This document shows, in pieces, positions 29,120 to 40,044 of a stretch of DNA of 64,000 nt; position 1 is the first letter of the stretch; each line of letters begins with the position of its first letter. The stretch comes from an uncultured delta proteobacterium (GTDB taxonomy: Bacteria > Desulfobacterota > Binatia > Binatales > Binataceae). A program made the translations under genes and the position numbers. The notes beneath the pieces were generated by a model. That model had not been told where the DNA came from. It did not search any database and was given only the letters and a program-made list of their open reading frames with translations. Where the stretch lies: positions 960,001 through 1,024,000 of the forward strand of contig CAVRVY010000003.1 of the NCBI GenBank assembly GCA_963724765.1. The letters run 5' to 3'.

Positions 29120-30772
29120 ATGTACACCAGACATAAGTTTTTCAGGCAAGTGGTCTCGACCGCTACAGCCGCGGCGTTCGTTCTCCTGCAATTGGGAACG
29201 ATGACGGCCGCCACTACTGCAAGTGCGGGCGGCTTTCCAACCTCCACGCCGATAAAACATCTCGTGGTTATCTTCCAGGAGAACGTGTCCTTTGACCACT
29301 ATTTTGGCACCTACCCTAATGCGCTGAATCCGCGCAAAGAGCCTGCCTTTCATGCGCTGGCAAGTACCCCGGTCGTCAATGGGCTGAGCGGTATCCTGTT
29401 GACCCAAAACCCCAACCTCAATCCGGCCAACAACGAGTCGGGTGATCATAGTGTTGCGTCCAATCCGTTTCGGCTGGATCGGTCCCAGGCATTTACCGCC
29501 GATCAGGATCACGATTACACTCCCGAACAGATGGCCTTCGATCATGGTCTGATGGATCTGTTTCCGCTATCCGTCGGAACTCCTGGAACGCCGCCCGAGC
29601 CTCCTCCTTCGCAAGTCACCACGACGGCTCTGACGATGGGCTATTACGACGGCAACACCGTCACGGCGTTGTGGAACTATGCACAGCATTTCGCGATGAG
29701 TGACAACTCCTACGGCACGACCTTCGGTCCATCGACGCCCGGAGCGATCAACCTCGCTGCGGGTCAGACCAATGGAGTGATCACAGATCTTAACCCAGGC
29801 GGCGCAACGATCTCTGATGGCAACGGTGGCCTTACGGATATTGGCGACGCCGATCCGGTGGGCGACGTGTGCTCGACCACCAGCGGCGAAACGCTGAAGT
29901 TCGGAGGCACCAATATCGGCGATCTTCTCACCGCTCAAGGGATCACCTGGGGGTTTTTCCAAGGTGGCTTCGACCTTACGATAACCAACGAGAATGGGAC
30001 GACGGGATGCAGCCGCAGCACCACTTCGATAGTCACGAACACCAAAAAAGCCGATTACATCCCGCACCACGAGCCATTCCAGTACTACGCGTCGACGGCC
30101 AACCCGACGCATGCGCGGCCCAGCTCGGTCATGGCAATCGGGACCAATAGCGACACGGCGGCCAATCATCAGTACGACATTCATGACTTCTTCGACGCGG
30201 TCAACGCGGGCAACTTTCCCGCGGTGAGTTTTCTCAAGGCTCCGGGTTTTCAGGACGCTCATGCCGGCTACTCCGACCCGCTGGATGAGCAGAGTTTCAT
30301 TGTCGAGGTGATCAACTTTCTCCAGACGCAGCCGCAATGGAAAAACACGGCGGTCGTGATTTCCTATGACGACTCGGACGGATGGTACGATCACCAGATG
30401 CCCCCGATCATTAACACCTCCAGCACTGCTGCCGACGCCCTTACCGGCACCAATGCTTGCGGCAGCGGCGTGACCGCGTTGCCCGGCATCAATCCGGCGA
30501 CCACGCATGCGCAGGGCCGATGCGGCCATGGTCCGCGGCTTCCGCTGCTGGTCATCTCACCCTGGGCGAAGGTAAACTTCGTCGATAATTCGATCACGAA
30601 TCAGACCTCGATAATCCGATTCGTGGAGGATAACTGGCTGAGCGGACAACGTATTGGTCAAGGATCTTTCGACGCTGTGTCAAATTCGATCACCAATATG
30701 TTCGACTTCACGAAGATGCATCCCGACAATGCTCTTTTCCTCGATCAGGACACTGGCGAAGTAGTCCCTTAA
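29120..30772 (+). CDS. Secreted phospholipase C / acid phosphatase (phosphoesterase family, AcpA-like)
   Basis: Signal peptide; IKHLVVIFQENVSFDHYFG, SYDDSDGWYDH and GPRLPLLVISPW. Confidence 0.9.
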   Translation: MYTRHKFFRQVVSTATAAAFVLLQLGTMTAATTASAGGFPTSTPIKHLVVIFQENVSFDHYFGTYPNALNPRKEPAFHALASTPVVNGLSGILLTQNPNLNPANNESGDHSVASNPFRLDRSQAFTADQDHDYTPEQMAFDHGLMDLFPLSVGTPGTPPEPPPSQVTTTALTMGYYDGNTVTALWNYAQHFAMSDNSYGTTFGPSTPGAINLAAGQTNGVITDLNPGGATISDGNGGLTDIGDADPVGDVCSTTSGETLKFGGTNIGDLLTAQGITWGFFQGGFDLTITNENGTTGCSRSTTSIVTNTKKADYIPHHEPFQYYASTANPTHARPSSVMAIGTNSDTAANHQYDIHDFFDAVNAGNFPAVSFLKAPGFQDAHAGYSDPLDEQSFIVEVINFLQTQPQWKNTAVVISYDDSDGWYDHQMPPIINTSSTAADALTGTNACGSGVTALPGINPATTHAQGRCGHGPRLPLLVISPWAKVNFVDNSITNQTSIIRFVEDNWLSGQRIGQGSFDAVSNSITNMFDFTKMHPDNALFLDQDTGEVVP

Positions 30773-30806
30773 CAGTATAGAGCCAAGCGGCGCTGGAGAG
30801 TCAGAA

Positions 30807-30838
30807 CGGCGGGGTGCGGCTAATGCCGCACCCCGCCG
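30807..30838. terminator. Perfect 14-bp GC-rich hairpin after the phosphoesterase gene (terminator or mRNA stabiliser)
   Basis: CGGCGGGGTGCGGC-TAAT-GCCGCACCCCGCCG; no clear U-tract. Confidence 0.5.
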
Positions 30839-30951
30839 CCGCCTTGAATACCCGACGACGCTGCGCTCCTTTTCTTCGCGTTTGATCCGCGTGTATACCC
30901 GGTCTGCGCCTGCAAGGAGCGCGCGCATAAATTCGCCATCCAGGAACACGA

Positions 30952-32586
30952 ATGCCGATCACCCGACGGGAGTTTCTTAAGCAGGGCAGCCTGATTGGCG
31001 CGGCGCTGATGCAGACTCGCAGCCGGGCGCGCAAAGCTGTGTCGGTTCGACCCGCGCTCGATCCAAATACGTTGGCGCACTTTGTCGATCCATTGCCAAT
31101 CCCTGCAATCGCCCGCAGCCGCGGCTTTCGGTCCACTCCGGCGGACCCGCAGGTTAAACTTCCCTACTACAGGATTGAGATGCGGCAATTCGCAGCCAAG
31201 CTGCATCGCGATCTGAAGCCGACGCAACAATGGGGCTACGACTCAGCCGTTCCCGGCCCGACGTTCGAGACCCACAGCGGCCAAGGATTGATCGTGGAGT
31301 GGGTCAACCTGCTTCCCGACAGGCACTTTCTGCCGATCGATCACAACCTCCATGGCGCGGAGGCCGACAAGCCGGAGGTCCGCGCCGTCGTTCATCTTCA
31401 CGGCGCCTGCGCGCCGCCCGAGAGCGATGGCTATCCCGAGCACTGGTTCGTCCCGGGCAAGTCGATGCTTTGCCACTACCCGAACCGGCAGGACGCCGCG
31501 ACGCTCTGGTATCACGACCATGCGATGGGAATTAACCGGCTCAACATCTTTGCCGGATTGATGGGCGTCTTCGTCATTCGCGACGAGGTCGAGGCGGCGC
31601 TGAATTTGCCCAGTGGCAAGTATGACATTCCGATGGTGATCTACGATCGGATGTTCGATCTCGAGGGGCAGCTCTACTATCCGGTCTCGGGAACTCCGGG
31701 AGCGCCGTGGATTACCGAGTTCTTCGGCGAAACGATGCTGGTCAACGGCAGAGTCTTCCCTTACCTCGAAGTGGAACCCCGCAAGTATCGCTTCCGTGTA
31801 CTCAACGGCGCCAATGGGCGATTCTTCCATTTGTCGCTCTCCAACGGGCAGCCGTTCCATCAGATAGGTACCGACGCCGGGCTGTTGCCTTCGCCGGTCG
31901 AGCTTAAAAGCCTGCTTCTCGCACCGGCCGAGCGCGCGGATATCGTCGTCGATTTCTCCGCGTATGGCGGTCAGCCGATTACGGTCAAGAGCGATGCTTT
32001 CGATATAATGCAGTTTCGCGTTTCGCACGCCGGCCCCAAGGACACGAGCGCACTTCCTGACTGTCTGCGTCCCGTGCCGCCGATACCGCAAGCCGAGGCC
32101 GTCAAAACCCGCTCGCTCACCTTGATGGAACAGGACGATCTCGTCGGTAACGCGATGGTGATGCTGCTCAACGGTACTCACTGGAGCATGCCGGTTACCG
32201 AGAACCCGGTGATCGATACGGTCGAAATCTGGAATCTCATCAATCTGACCGATGACGCTCATCCGATTCATCTGCACCTGGTGCGCTTCCAGATACTGGA
32301 TCGACGGCGCCTGGACACCTTCGCCTATCAAAACCTGAAACAACTAAAGTTCAGGGGGCCGGCGATTGCTCCGGAGCCCAACGAAGCCGGATGGAAGGAT
32401 ACCGTGCGGGCCAATCCGGGGATGGTCACGCGAATAATCGTTCGCTTTGCGGGCTACACCGGCCGTTACGTATGGCATTGTCATCTGCTCGAGCATGAGG
32501 ACAACGAGATGATGCGGCCGTACGAAGTGCTTGCCCGAACCTCTGCTGAAAATTCCCTCCCAACCGAAGTCGAAAAGGCAGGATAG
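30952..32586 (+). CDS. Tat-exported multicopper oxidase (CotA/bilirubin oxidase-like)
   Basis: TRREFLK Tat motif; VHLHG, WYHDH, HPIHLH and [13 protein letters not shown]. Confidence 0.93.
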   Translation: MPITRREFLKQGSLIGAALMQTRSRARKAVSVRPALDPNTLAHFVDPLPIPAIARSRGFRSTPADPQVKLPYYRIEMRQFAAKLHRDLKPTQQWGYDSAVPGPTFETHSGQGLIVEWVNLLPDRHFLPIDHNLHGAEADKPEVRAVVHLHGACAPPESDGYPEHWFVPGKSMLCHYPNRQDAATLWYHDHAMGINRLNIFAGLMGVFVIRDEVEAALNLPSGKYDIPMVIYDRMFDLEGQLYYPVSGTPGAPWITEFFGETMLVNGRVFPYLEVEPRKYRFRVLNGANGRFFHLSLSNGQPFHQIGTDAGLLPSPVELKSLLLAPAERADIVVDFSAYGGQPITVKSDAFDIMQFRVSHAGPKDTSALPDCLRPVPPIPQAEAVKTRSLTLMEQDDLVGNAMVMLLNGTHWSMPVTENPVIDTVEIWNLINLTDDAHPIHLHLVRFQILDRRRLDTFAYQNLKQLKFRGPAIAPEPNEAGWKDTVRANPGMVTRIIVRFAGYTGRYVWHCHLLEHEDNEMMRPYEVLARTSAENSLPTEVEKAG

Positions 32587-32755
32587 GCGGCAGGAAAGGG
32601 CCCATGGGGCCGTTGTTGCAAATCCGCTTGTGAGCCTACAAACTTTCGCCAGCGTTCGAGACTGCGGCCGATGCCGCGGACGCCGAGTCAAAATCCATCA
32701 GGCAAATCTATCAGATAAAATTTATCAGGAGGGTTCTCCGAGGAAGGTTCCCGCC

Positions 32756-34159
32756 ATGGCAGACAAGCAAACATTCCGCACTGAAACCGACAGCATGGGC
32801 TCAATCGAGGTTTCCGCCGAGCACTACTGGGGCGCGCAAACCGAGCGCTCGCTGCATCACTTCAACATTGGATCCGACCGGATGGCGCGTTCGATGATCC
32901 GCGCCTTCGGCCTGCTCAAGAAGGCCACCGCCCAGGTCAACCAGGATTTGGGCAAGCTCGCCGCCGACAAGGCCCGGCTGATCGTGCAGGCGGCCGAGGA
33001 GGTTGCCTCGGGCAAGCTCGACGCCGAGTTTCCATTGCGCGTCTGGCAGACTGGCAGCGGCACCCAGACCAACATGAACGCCAACGAGGTCATCTCGAAC
33101 CGCGCGATCGAACTGGCCGGCGGCAAGATGGGCAGCAAAAAGCCGATCCATCCCAACGACGACGTCAATATGTCGCAGTCTTCCAACGACACGTTTCCGA
33201 CCGCGATGCATATCGCGGCGGCCGAGGAGATCGTCAACCTGCTGATGCCCGCGATGCAAAAGTTGCGCGACGCGCTCCACGCCAAGGCCGAGGAGTTCGC
33301 CGATATCGTCAAAATCGGCCGCACTCACCTGATGGACGCGGTGCCGCTGACGCTCGGCCAGGAATTCTCGGGCTACGTCGCCCAGCTCGACGCCGACTTA
33401 AGGCGTATCGACGCGGTGCTGCCCGACATCTACGAACTCGCGATCGGCGGCACCGCAGTCGGCACCGGCCTGAACACCCATCCCGAGTTCGCCGATCGCA
33501 CGGCGGCGAAGATCGCCGCGCTTACCGGGCTGCCGTTCGTCACGGCGCCCAACAAGTTCGCGGCGCTGGCCGCGCACGACGCGCTGGTGATGGCCAGCGG
33601 CGCGCTGCGCACGCTCGCGTGCTCGCTGGTGAAAATCGCCAACGACATCCGCTGGATGGGCTCGGGGCCGCGCTGCGGACTGGGCGAATTGCGGCTGCCG
33701 GAGAACGAGCCGGGCTCGTCGATCATGCCGGGCAAGGTCAATCCGACCCAGTCCGAGGCGATGACGATGGTCTGTCTGCAGGTGATGGGCAACGACACCG
33801 CGATCGCGGCGGCCGGCACCCAGGGCAATTTCGAGCTCAACGTCTTCAAGCCGCTCATCATCCATAACCTGCTGCACTCGATAACCCTGCTCGCCAACTC
33901 CTGCGTCTCGTTCACCGAGTTCTGCGTGCTCGGCATCGAGCCCGACCGCGAACGTATCGCAAGTTACGTTGCCAACTCGCTGATGCTGGTCACCGCGCTC
34001 AGCCCGCATATCGGCTATGACAAAGCCGCCAAGGTCGCCAAGAAGGCGCATGAGGAGAACACCACGCTGCGCCAGGCCGCCGTCGAGCTTGGATACCTCA
34101 AGCCCGAGGAGTTCGACCGCTACGTGCAGCCGAACAAGATGCTGGCGCCGGAGGCCTGA
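32756..34159 (+). CDS. fumC: Fumarate hydratase class II
   Basis: [24 protein letters not shown] and [11 protein letters not shown]. Confidence 0.97.
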   Translation: MADKQTFRTETDSMGSIEVSAEHYWGAQTERSLHHFNIGSDRMARSMIRAFGLLKKATAQVNQDLGKLAADKARLIVQAAEEVASGKLDAEFPLRVWQTGSGTQTNMNANEVISNRAIELAGGKMGSKKPIHPNDDVNMSQSSNDTFPTAMHIAAAEEIVNLLMPAMQKLRDALHAKAEEFADIVKIGRTHLMDAVPLTLGQEFSGYVAQLDADLRRIDAVLPDIYELAIGGTAVGTGLNTHPEFADRTAAKIAALTGLPFVTAPNKFAALAAHDALVMASGALRTLACSLVKIANDIRWMGSGPRCGLGELRLPENEPGSSIMPGKVNPTQSEAMTMVCLQVMGNDTAIAAAGTQGNFELNVFKPLIIHNLLHSITLLANSCVSFTEFCVLGIEPDRERIASYVANSLMLVTALSPHIGYDKAAKVAKKAHEENTTLRQAAVELGYLKPEEFDRYVQPNKMLAPEA

Positions 34160-34213
34160 GCGCCAAGGAATGCCAGCAACCGCAAATTCGCAATCGCATC
34201 GGAGGAATCATTG

Positions 34214-34759
34214 ATGGAAAAGCTGCCGTCCGCCTACAAGCAGGTCGGACCCAACCGCTATCGCGAAGCCTATGGGCTCTTTTACGAGGACTTCACGCCC
34301 GGCGACGTTTTCGAGCATCGCCCCGGCCGCACGCTGACCGAGACCGACAATATCTATATGACGCTGCTGGCGATGAACACGCATCCGCTGCACTTCGACT
34401 CCGCCTACGCGAACGCGACGCAGTGGAAGCGGCCACTGATGAACTCGCTGGTCACCATTTCGGTGGTCACCGGGATGAGCGTGCACAGCACCAGCCAGAA
34501 CGCGGTCGCCAACCTCGGATGGGACAAGGTGCGGCTGGTCAATCCGGTCTTCGCCGGCGACACGCTCTACGCCGAGACCGCGGTGGTTTCCAAGCGCGAG
34601 TCCGGAAGCCGCCCCAGCCAAGGGCTGGTCACCGTGCATACGATCGGGATGAAAACCGACGGACAGACCGGACAGTCGGGAATCGTGGTGATCGAATTCG
34701 ATCGCACCTTTCTGGTCTACAAGCGCGAGCATTCACCGCTCGGCAACGCCAACTACTGA
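34214..34759 (+). CDS. MaoC-family dehydratase (itaconyl/mesaconyl-CoA hydratase-like)
   Basis: GLFYEDF, GRTLTETDN, NTHPLHFD and ANLGW. Confidence 0.85.
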   Translation: MEKLPSAYKQVGPNRYREAYGLFYEDFTPGDVFEHRPGRTLTETDNIYMTLLAMNTHPLHFDSAYANATQWKRPLMNSLVTISVVTGMSVHSTSQNAVANLGWDKVRLVNPVFAGDTLYAETAVVSKRESGSRPSQGLVTVHTIGMKTDGQTGQSGIVVIEFDRTFLVYKREHSPLGNANY

Positions 34760-34784
34760 GCGCAGCCTCATCAGTGAGAAGATT

Positions 34785-35882
34785 GTGATCGCGAAAAACA
34801 TGCGCGCGCGCGGCCCGCTCGTTGCGCTCGCCCTGGCGGCGATTCTGATCGCAATCGCCGCGGCCTCCGCCGTGGCGGCTCAGAATCCATTCGCCGCGTT
34901 CCCAGCGGGGCTCGATCCCAATTCGATGCTGTTGCCGCCGCCCACCGAGGGCGGCCCGGTCAAAACGACCGTCGCGCTTCACGTGCTCAACCTCTCGAGC
35001 ATCAACGAGGTCACCGAGCGTTTTCAGTTGACCGGTTATCTGCTGGCGCAATGGCGTGATTCGCGCCTCACTTATCAGCCGGCTGGTCCCAACGACAAGT
35101 ACAGGACCCTCGCGACCGATTCGGTATGGCGGCCGCGACTTGTGATAATCAACGTGGTCGAACCGCGCCAGGTTTACGAAACCTCGATGCGGGTCGAGCC
35201 GGACGGGACCGTGTCCTACGTCGAGCGCTTCGATGCCCTCGTGACCTCCACTTTCCACCTCAAGTCCTTCCCCTTCGACGCGCAGAAGCTCGAAATCATC
35301 GTCCATCCGTTCACCGACCAGCAACAGTTCGTATCCTTCGTCCCCAGCTTGTTGCCGGTATGGACCGCGACCGAGTTCAACACCTACTCCTCGCTGGAGT
35401 CGTGGCATTTCGAATCGCTCACCTACGAGCTTGGCACGGCAGGGAGTCAATTCGGCGAACATGCGGTCGCCGAAGCCAGGTTCGAGATCGCGGTCCAGCG
35501 CCGCTACGGCTTTTACCTGTGGAAAGTGTTTTTGCCACTGCTGCTGATGGTGGTCGTCTCATGGTCGGTCTTCTGGTTCGATCCGCCCGAGGTCTCGAGC
35601 CAGGTAACCATAGCGGTGACGACCATCCTCACGATCATCGCGTTTGCGCTGGCGATCTCGTTGACCCTGCCGCGGGTGCCATATCTGACTTTCGCCGACG
35701 CCTTTTTTCTGACCTGCTACATCTTTGCCTTCGTGACGATGGTCGAGCTGACCGCAGTGCATATCGCCTATCGCAGCGACCGGCGCAAGGCGGCGGCCAG
35801 GATCCGCCAAACCGCGCGCTGGCTGGTACCGGCCGCCTTCATCGCGATCAATTCGATCCTGATCCTTCATTTTTTGACGTAA
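34785..35882 (+). CDS. Prokaryotic pentameric ligand-gated ion channel (GLIC/ELIC-like)
   Basis: Signal peptide, WRDSRL, VWRP, Pro-loop FPFDAQ, pre-M1 RRY, M1 FLPLLL, M2-M3 LPRVPY, four TM helices. Confidence 0.88.
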   Translation: MIAKNMRARGPLVALALAAILIAIAAASAVAAQNPFAAFPAGLDPNSMLLPPPTEGGPVKTTVALHVLNLSSINEVTERFQLTGYLLAQWRDSRLTYQPAGPNDKYRTLATDSVWRPRLVIINVVEPRQVYETSMRVEPDGTVSYVERFDALVTSTFHLKSFPFDAQKLEIIVHPFTDQQQFVSFVPSLLPVWTATEFNTYSSLESWHFESLTYELGTAGSQFGEHAVAEARFEIAVQRRYGFYLWKVFLPLLLMVVVSWSVFWFDPPEVSSQVTIAVTTILTIIAFALAISLTLPRVPYLTFADAFFLTCYIFAFVTMVELTAVHIAYRSDRRKAAARIRQTARWLVPAAFIAINSILILHFLT

Positions 35883-36197
35883 TCCTTCCTGGCACTCGCC
35901 GGGTACTCGCCTGCATTATTCGCGGGAGGAGTGATGCGCGAGTCCTCTTCGACCTCTCTATGAAGCTGATGCGTCTTGGCCGGTCGCGGGCGACGACGTA
36001 ATTTCGTCTATAGTCTGTACTATTGGGCTATATCGGCTGTTACAGTCATTTCGAAAGATCTATGGCGAAGATATTCTGTTCCAGCCATTTGAATAGATTA
36101 TACAGTGTTGCTTAACGTCATCGTTAACGTATTATGTCCTTCCGTTTCGAGACGACGATTCGGCACGGCTGCCAAGGGGGAAAATACGGTGAGAACG

Positions 36198-38021
36198 ATG
36201 ATGCGGCAATACTGGGCGTTTCGGCCGGGGATTGTGTGCATGGTCGCGATTTTGGCCCTGCCAGGCTTCTCGGCCGCACAGACGCATAGCATTACTTTCG
36301 TGAATCGATGCCTTCAGCAAGTCTGGCTCGCGGAATTGGCACCATCAGGCGCCGAGGTTGATCCGACGAATTGGGCACTTGCGCCAACGTGCTCGCCTGG
36401 CACTGGAGCGCCGAAAATCTGCGCACGGGCATGCGACGCAAATACTTACACGTGCAAGTGCACTAGCGACGCTGATTGCAGGTTTGGAGCGTCTGCCAGC
36501 ACTCAGACAGCGACGTGTGATGCCGGTCACTGCGTCAATTCGACTGAATTGCCTATCCCGGAGGGTTGGTCGGGCAGGTTTTGGCCGCGTACCAAATGCT
36601 CGGGCGCATCGAGCGACTTCACTTGCAAAACCGGTCAATGCGGCGATCCCGGGAATCTCGACTGCACCACGGTGAATAAGTCGGCGAATCGCGCAACTTT
36701 GTTCGAGATAACCACTGGCGGAACCAATGGGCTTGATAACTACGACGTGAGCCTCGTCAGCGGGTACAACCTTCCAATTAAGGTGATGCCAATCCTGCCA
36801 AGCGATGCGCCAAAATGGCAGAAGGACACTTCTTTTGCCGACCAGGCGCTGATTACTCAGACCATTAATACGAATAGCTTTCTCTTTAATAACATAGGCT
36901 CGGCCGGAACGAGCGGGAATACCAAACCTAAATTTCCCGCTAGGCGGTTTGCCACGGTCGCCGACGGTCCTTCTTTAATCTGGAACAATAATGGGCCGTC
37001 ATGCGAAACCGCGGGGTGCACCTCCGATCTTCGTGCCACCTGTCCCAAGACACTGCGGGTCAAGTCAGGTGCAGCGACGATTGCCTGCGATAGTCCGGCG
37101 GACGTATGCCCTGATGGCGGTTCAGCAAGCTGTAGTACGAATGCAATGTACTACGCATGCACCAATTACTTGGGTACACAGGACCTGTTCGGCAACAGCC
37201 TGACTCTTCAGTCTCCCAACGGCGATTCACCGGTCTGCTTTTCCCCAAAAGATTGTCAGCCCGGCACGACTTGCCTGCTGAATCCTACGTTCGTGAAGGC
37301 GCTCAATCCTCCTCTGCCAACCGGCGCCGGTGTTTGTACGCCGGTGATACAAAACGGCGGCTGCACACCGGGCAACGAGGGTAGCCCATGCGCCGCATTT
37401 CCATTTGTCGATTACACGTGCAACACGATTCAGCTTTCCCCAACCTCCCAAACCGCCGTGTGCCTGCCGCCAACCACTTCCGGCGCAGGCGACGTGGTCT
37501 GGAACGCGAACGTCTGGAGCGCAACTGCGACGAGCTGCACCGCGGGCGGCGGCCAGTGCACGGGTGCTCAGCAGCAGTGCCTCGATAGCAATATCGTCGG
37601 CAACGGACAGAAGGAGTGCTCGGCCTCGAGCGCAAGCTGCTTTTGTTACAATCCTAATCAATGTTCGGCAAGCCGCGGAACAAACGACGGATGCTCGCAG
37701 CCAGACACGTGCTTGAATAGCGATGGCGTTGCTGATGGTAAGTCCGACAACGGCACCACTGTCGACTGCAGCTCGACGACCTGCTATTGCGCGCCGCAGG
37801 CAATTTATCCAGGTACGTGCGGCCCCACGAACGCAGGGTGGCTCACGGCGGCGAGCTATCCCGGGGTAGGCACAGCCGGAGTGGGTTTCGAGAAATTTTT
37901 TAAATTCGCCTGCCCGACTGCATATGCCTACCAGTTCGACGACGCGTCGAGCGATTGGACCTGCAACAATACGGCTGACGATCTCGTGAACTACAAGGTT
38001 ATATTCTGTCCCGCATTGTAA
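36198..38021 (+). CDS. Secreted cysteine-rich thaumatin-like (PR-5/GH152-like) protein with large insertions
   Basis: ITFVNRC..VW, WSGRFWPRTKC, CKTGQC, TLFE, NYDVSLVSGYNLPI, FKFACPTAYAYQFDD, YKVIFCP; N-terminal signal peptide. Confidence 0.85.
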   Translation: MMRQYWAFRPGIVCMVAILALPGFSAAQTHSITFVNRCLQQVWLAELAPSGAEVDPTNWALAPTCSPGTGAPKICARACDANTYTCKCTSDADCRFGASASTQTATCDAGHCVNSTELPIPEGWSGRFWPRTKCSGASSDFTCKTGQCGDPGNLDCTTVNKSANRATLFEITTGGTNGLDNYDVSLVSGYNLPIKVMPILPSDAPKWQKDTSFADQALITQTINTNSFLFNNIGSAGTSGNTKPKFPARRFATVADGPSLIWNNNGPSCETAGCTSDLRATCPKTLRVKSGAATIACDSPADVCPDGGSASCSTNAMYYACTNYLGTQDLFGNSLTLQSPNGDSPVCFSPKDCQPGTTCLLNPTFVKALNPPLPTGAGVCTPVIQNGGCTPGNEGSPCAAFPFVDYTCNTIQLSPTSQTAVCLPPTTSGAGDVVWNANVWSATATSCTAGGGQCTGAQQQCLDSNIVGNGQKECSASSASCFCYNPNQCSASRGTNDGCSQPDTCLNSDGVADGKSDNGTTVDCSSTTCYCAPQAIYPGTCGPTNAGWLTAASYPGVGTAGVGFEKFFKFACPTAYAYQFDDASSDWTCNNTADDLVNYKVIFCPAL

Positions 38022-38056
38022 GCTCCTTGCGGGGAACGATCATCAAATGGCTCCGC

Positions 38057-38088
38057 GCCCTCTCCCGCAAATAAATGCGGGAGAGGGC
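38057..38088. repeat. REP-like hairpin GCCCTCTCCCGCA...TGCGGGAGAGGGC
   Basis: Perfect 13-bp arms downstream of the thaumatin gene. Confidence 0.6.
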
Positions 38089-38302
38089 ATAAGACCGGTG
38101 TTCTGGGCCCAGCGGTCATAATGGAAATGCGGGCTCAAACCCCAAACGAGGCATCTCGACGGCATGGAGCGATCCTTTCCTTATCGCCCCTATTGCCCTT
38201 ATTGCCGGCGGCCGCTTTTGAATTTTAACTACCTGTACTCGGGTCAATGCGGCCAGGTCGGCTTCGAACCGCTGAATTGAGCGGTCGTTGGTATAACCAC
38301 TT

Positions 38303-39919
38303 TCACATCCTGAACACGCCGAAACCCGTCGCCGGCGGGATGCCCGCGTTGAGCGAGGCCGCGATCCCGAGCGCCAGCATCGCGCGCGTCTCCAGCGGAT
38401 CGATTACGCCGTCGTCCCAAAGGCGCGCGCTCGAGAAATAGCAACTCGATTCGTACTCGTACTTCGCCAGCGTCGGGCGCACGAACTCGGCCTGCTCCGC
38501 GGCCGTCATCGTCTGGCCCTGCGCCTTCAACTGTTCGAGTTTGACCGTTAGCAGCGTGTTGGCCGCCTGCTCCCCGCCCATCACCGAAATACGCGCGTTG
38601 GGCCACATGAAGAGCATCCGCGGCGAGTATGCCCGCCCGCACATCCCGTAGTTGCCCGCTCCGTTGGACGCGCCGATTATCACGGTGAACTTCGGCACCT
38701 GCGCGTTGGCCACCGCGTTGACCATCTTGGCCCCGTCCTTGGCGATTCCGCCTTGCTCGTAGCGCTTGCCGACCATGAAGCCGGTGATGTTCTGCAGGAA
38801 GAGCAGCGGGATGCGGCGCGCGCAGCAGAGCGCGATGAAGTGCGTCGCCTTGAGCGCCGATTCGCTGAACAGTACGCCATTGTTGGCGATAATTCCGACC
38901 GGGTAGCCGTAGACGCGCGCGAAGCCGGTCACCAGCGTGGCCCCGTAGCGCGGCTTGAACTCGTGCATCCGGCTGCCGTCGACCAGGCGCGCGATTAGTT
39001 CGCGCACCTCGTAGGGGCGCCGCGTGTCGCCCGAGACCACGCCGTAGATCTCGCGCGGGTCGTAATAAGGATCCTCAGGCTCCGCCTGCTGCAGCGCGTA
39101 TTCGAGGCCGGTGCGAGGGCCGAGGCTCTCGAAAATCGAGCGCGCGATCGCGAGGGCATGCTCGTCGTCGTCGGCCAGATGATCGCTCACGCCGCTCAGC
39201 CGCGTATGGACGTCGCCGCCGCCCAGTTCTTCGGCGGTGACTTCCTCGCCGGTGGCTGCGCGCACCAGCGGCGGCCCAGCGAGGAAAATCGTGCCCTCCT
39301 CGCGCACGATGATATTCTCGTCGCACATCGCCGGCACGTAGGCGCCGCCCGCCGTGCACGACCCCATCACCGCCGCGACCTGCGGGATTCCCGCGGCCGA
39401 CATCCGCGCCATGTTGTAGAAGATGCGCCCGAAGTGCTCGCGGTCGGGGAAGACCTCCGATTGCAGCGGCAGGAACGCGCCGCCCGAGTCGACCAGGTAC
39501 ACGCACGGGAGATGGTTCTGCAGCGCGATCTCCTGCGCGCGCAGATGCTTCTTGACCGTCATCGGATAGTAGGTGCCGCCCTTGACGGTCGCGTCGTTGG
39601 CCACCACCACGACCTCGCGGCCCTGCAGGCGCCCCACGCCCGTGACAATCCCGGCGCCCGGCGCCTCGTCGTCGTACATTCCCCACGCCGCCAGCGGCGA
39701 GAGTTCCATGAACGCGCTCTGCGGATCGAGCAGCTTCCTTATCCGGTCGCGCACCAGCAGCTTGCCGCGCTCCAGGTGGCGGCGGCGCGATTGCTCGGGG
39801 CCGCCCTGGCGCACGCGCTCGACCGCCTCGCGCAATTGTTTGACCGCCGCCTCCATCAGCGCGAAATTCTGCCGGTACTCCGGACTTGAGGTGTTGATGC
39901 GGCTCTCGATTCGTTCCAT
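38303..39919 (-). CDS. mccB: Methylcrotonoyl-CoA carboxylase beta (carboxyltransferase) subunit
   Basis: [38 protein letters not shown] and FGVFRM C-terminus. Confidence 0.9.
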   Translation of the reverse strand: MERIESRINTSSPEYRQNFALMEAAVKQLREAVERVRQGGPEQSRRRHLERGKLLVRDRIRKLLDPQSAFMELSPLAAWGMYDDEAPGAGIVTGVGRLQGREVVVVANDATVKGGTYYPMTVKKHLRAQEIALQNHLPCVYLVDSGGAFLPLQSEVFPDREHFGRIFYNMARMSAAGIPQVAAVMGSCTAGGAYVPAMCDENIIVREEGTIFLAGPPLVRAATGEEVTAEELGGGDVHTRLSGVSDHLADDDEHALAIARSIFESLGPRTGLEYALQQAEPEDPYYDPREIYGVVSGDTRRPYEVRELIARLVDGSRMHEFKPRYGATLVTGFARVYGYPVGIIANNGVLFSESALKATHFIALCCARRIPLLFLQNITGFMVGKRYEQGGIAKDGAKMVNAVANAQVPKFTVIIGASNGAGNYGMCGRAYSPRMLFMWPNARISVMGGEQAANTLLTVKLEQLKAQGQTMTAAEQAEFVRPTLAKYEYESSCYFSSARLWDDGVIDPLETRAMLALGIAASLNAGIPPATGFGVFRM

Positions 39920-40044
39920 CGGCGTCCTCTCAGTTCGATCCTCTCGCGGCCCGGGCCTGATGCCTGCTGGGTCTACTTGGGCTAGATATTAGCTTGACCA
40001 AACGGGGGACCGCGAAGCGGTTCGAGGGGTGTTAGACAGCGCCG

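Noticed and set aside
38245-38300. GGTTCGAA (T-loop-like) on the minus strand suggesting a tRNA or att site
   Set aside because: No full T-stem, anticodon arm or acceptor stem can be formed.
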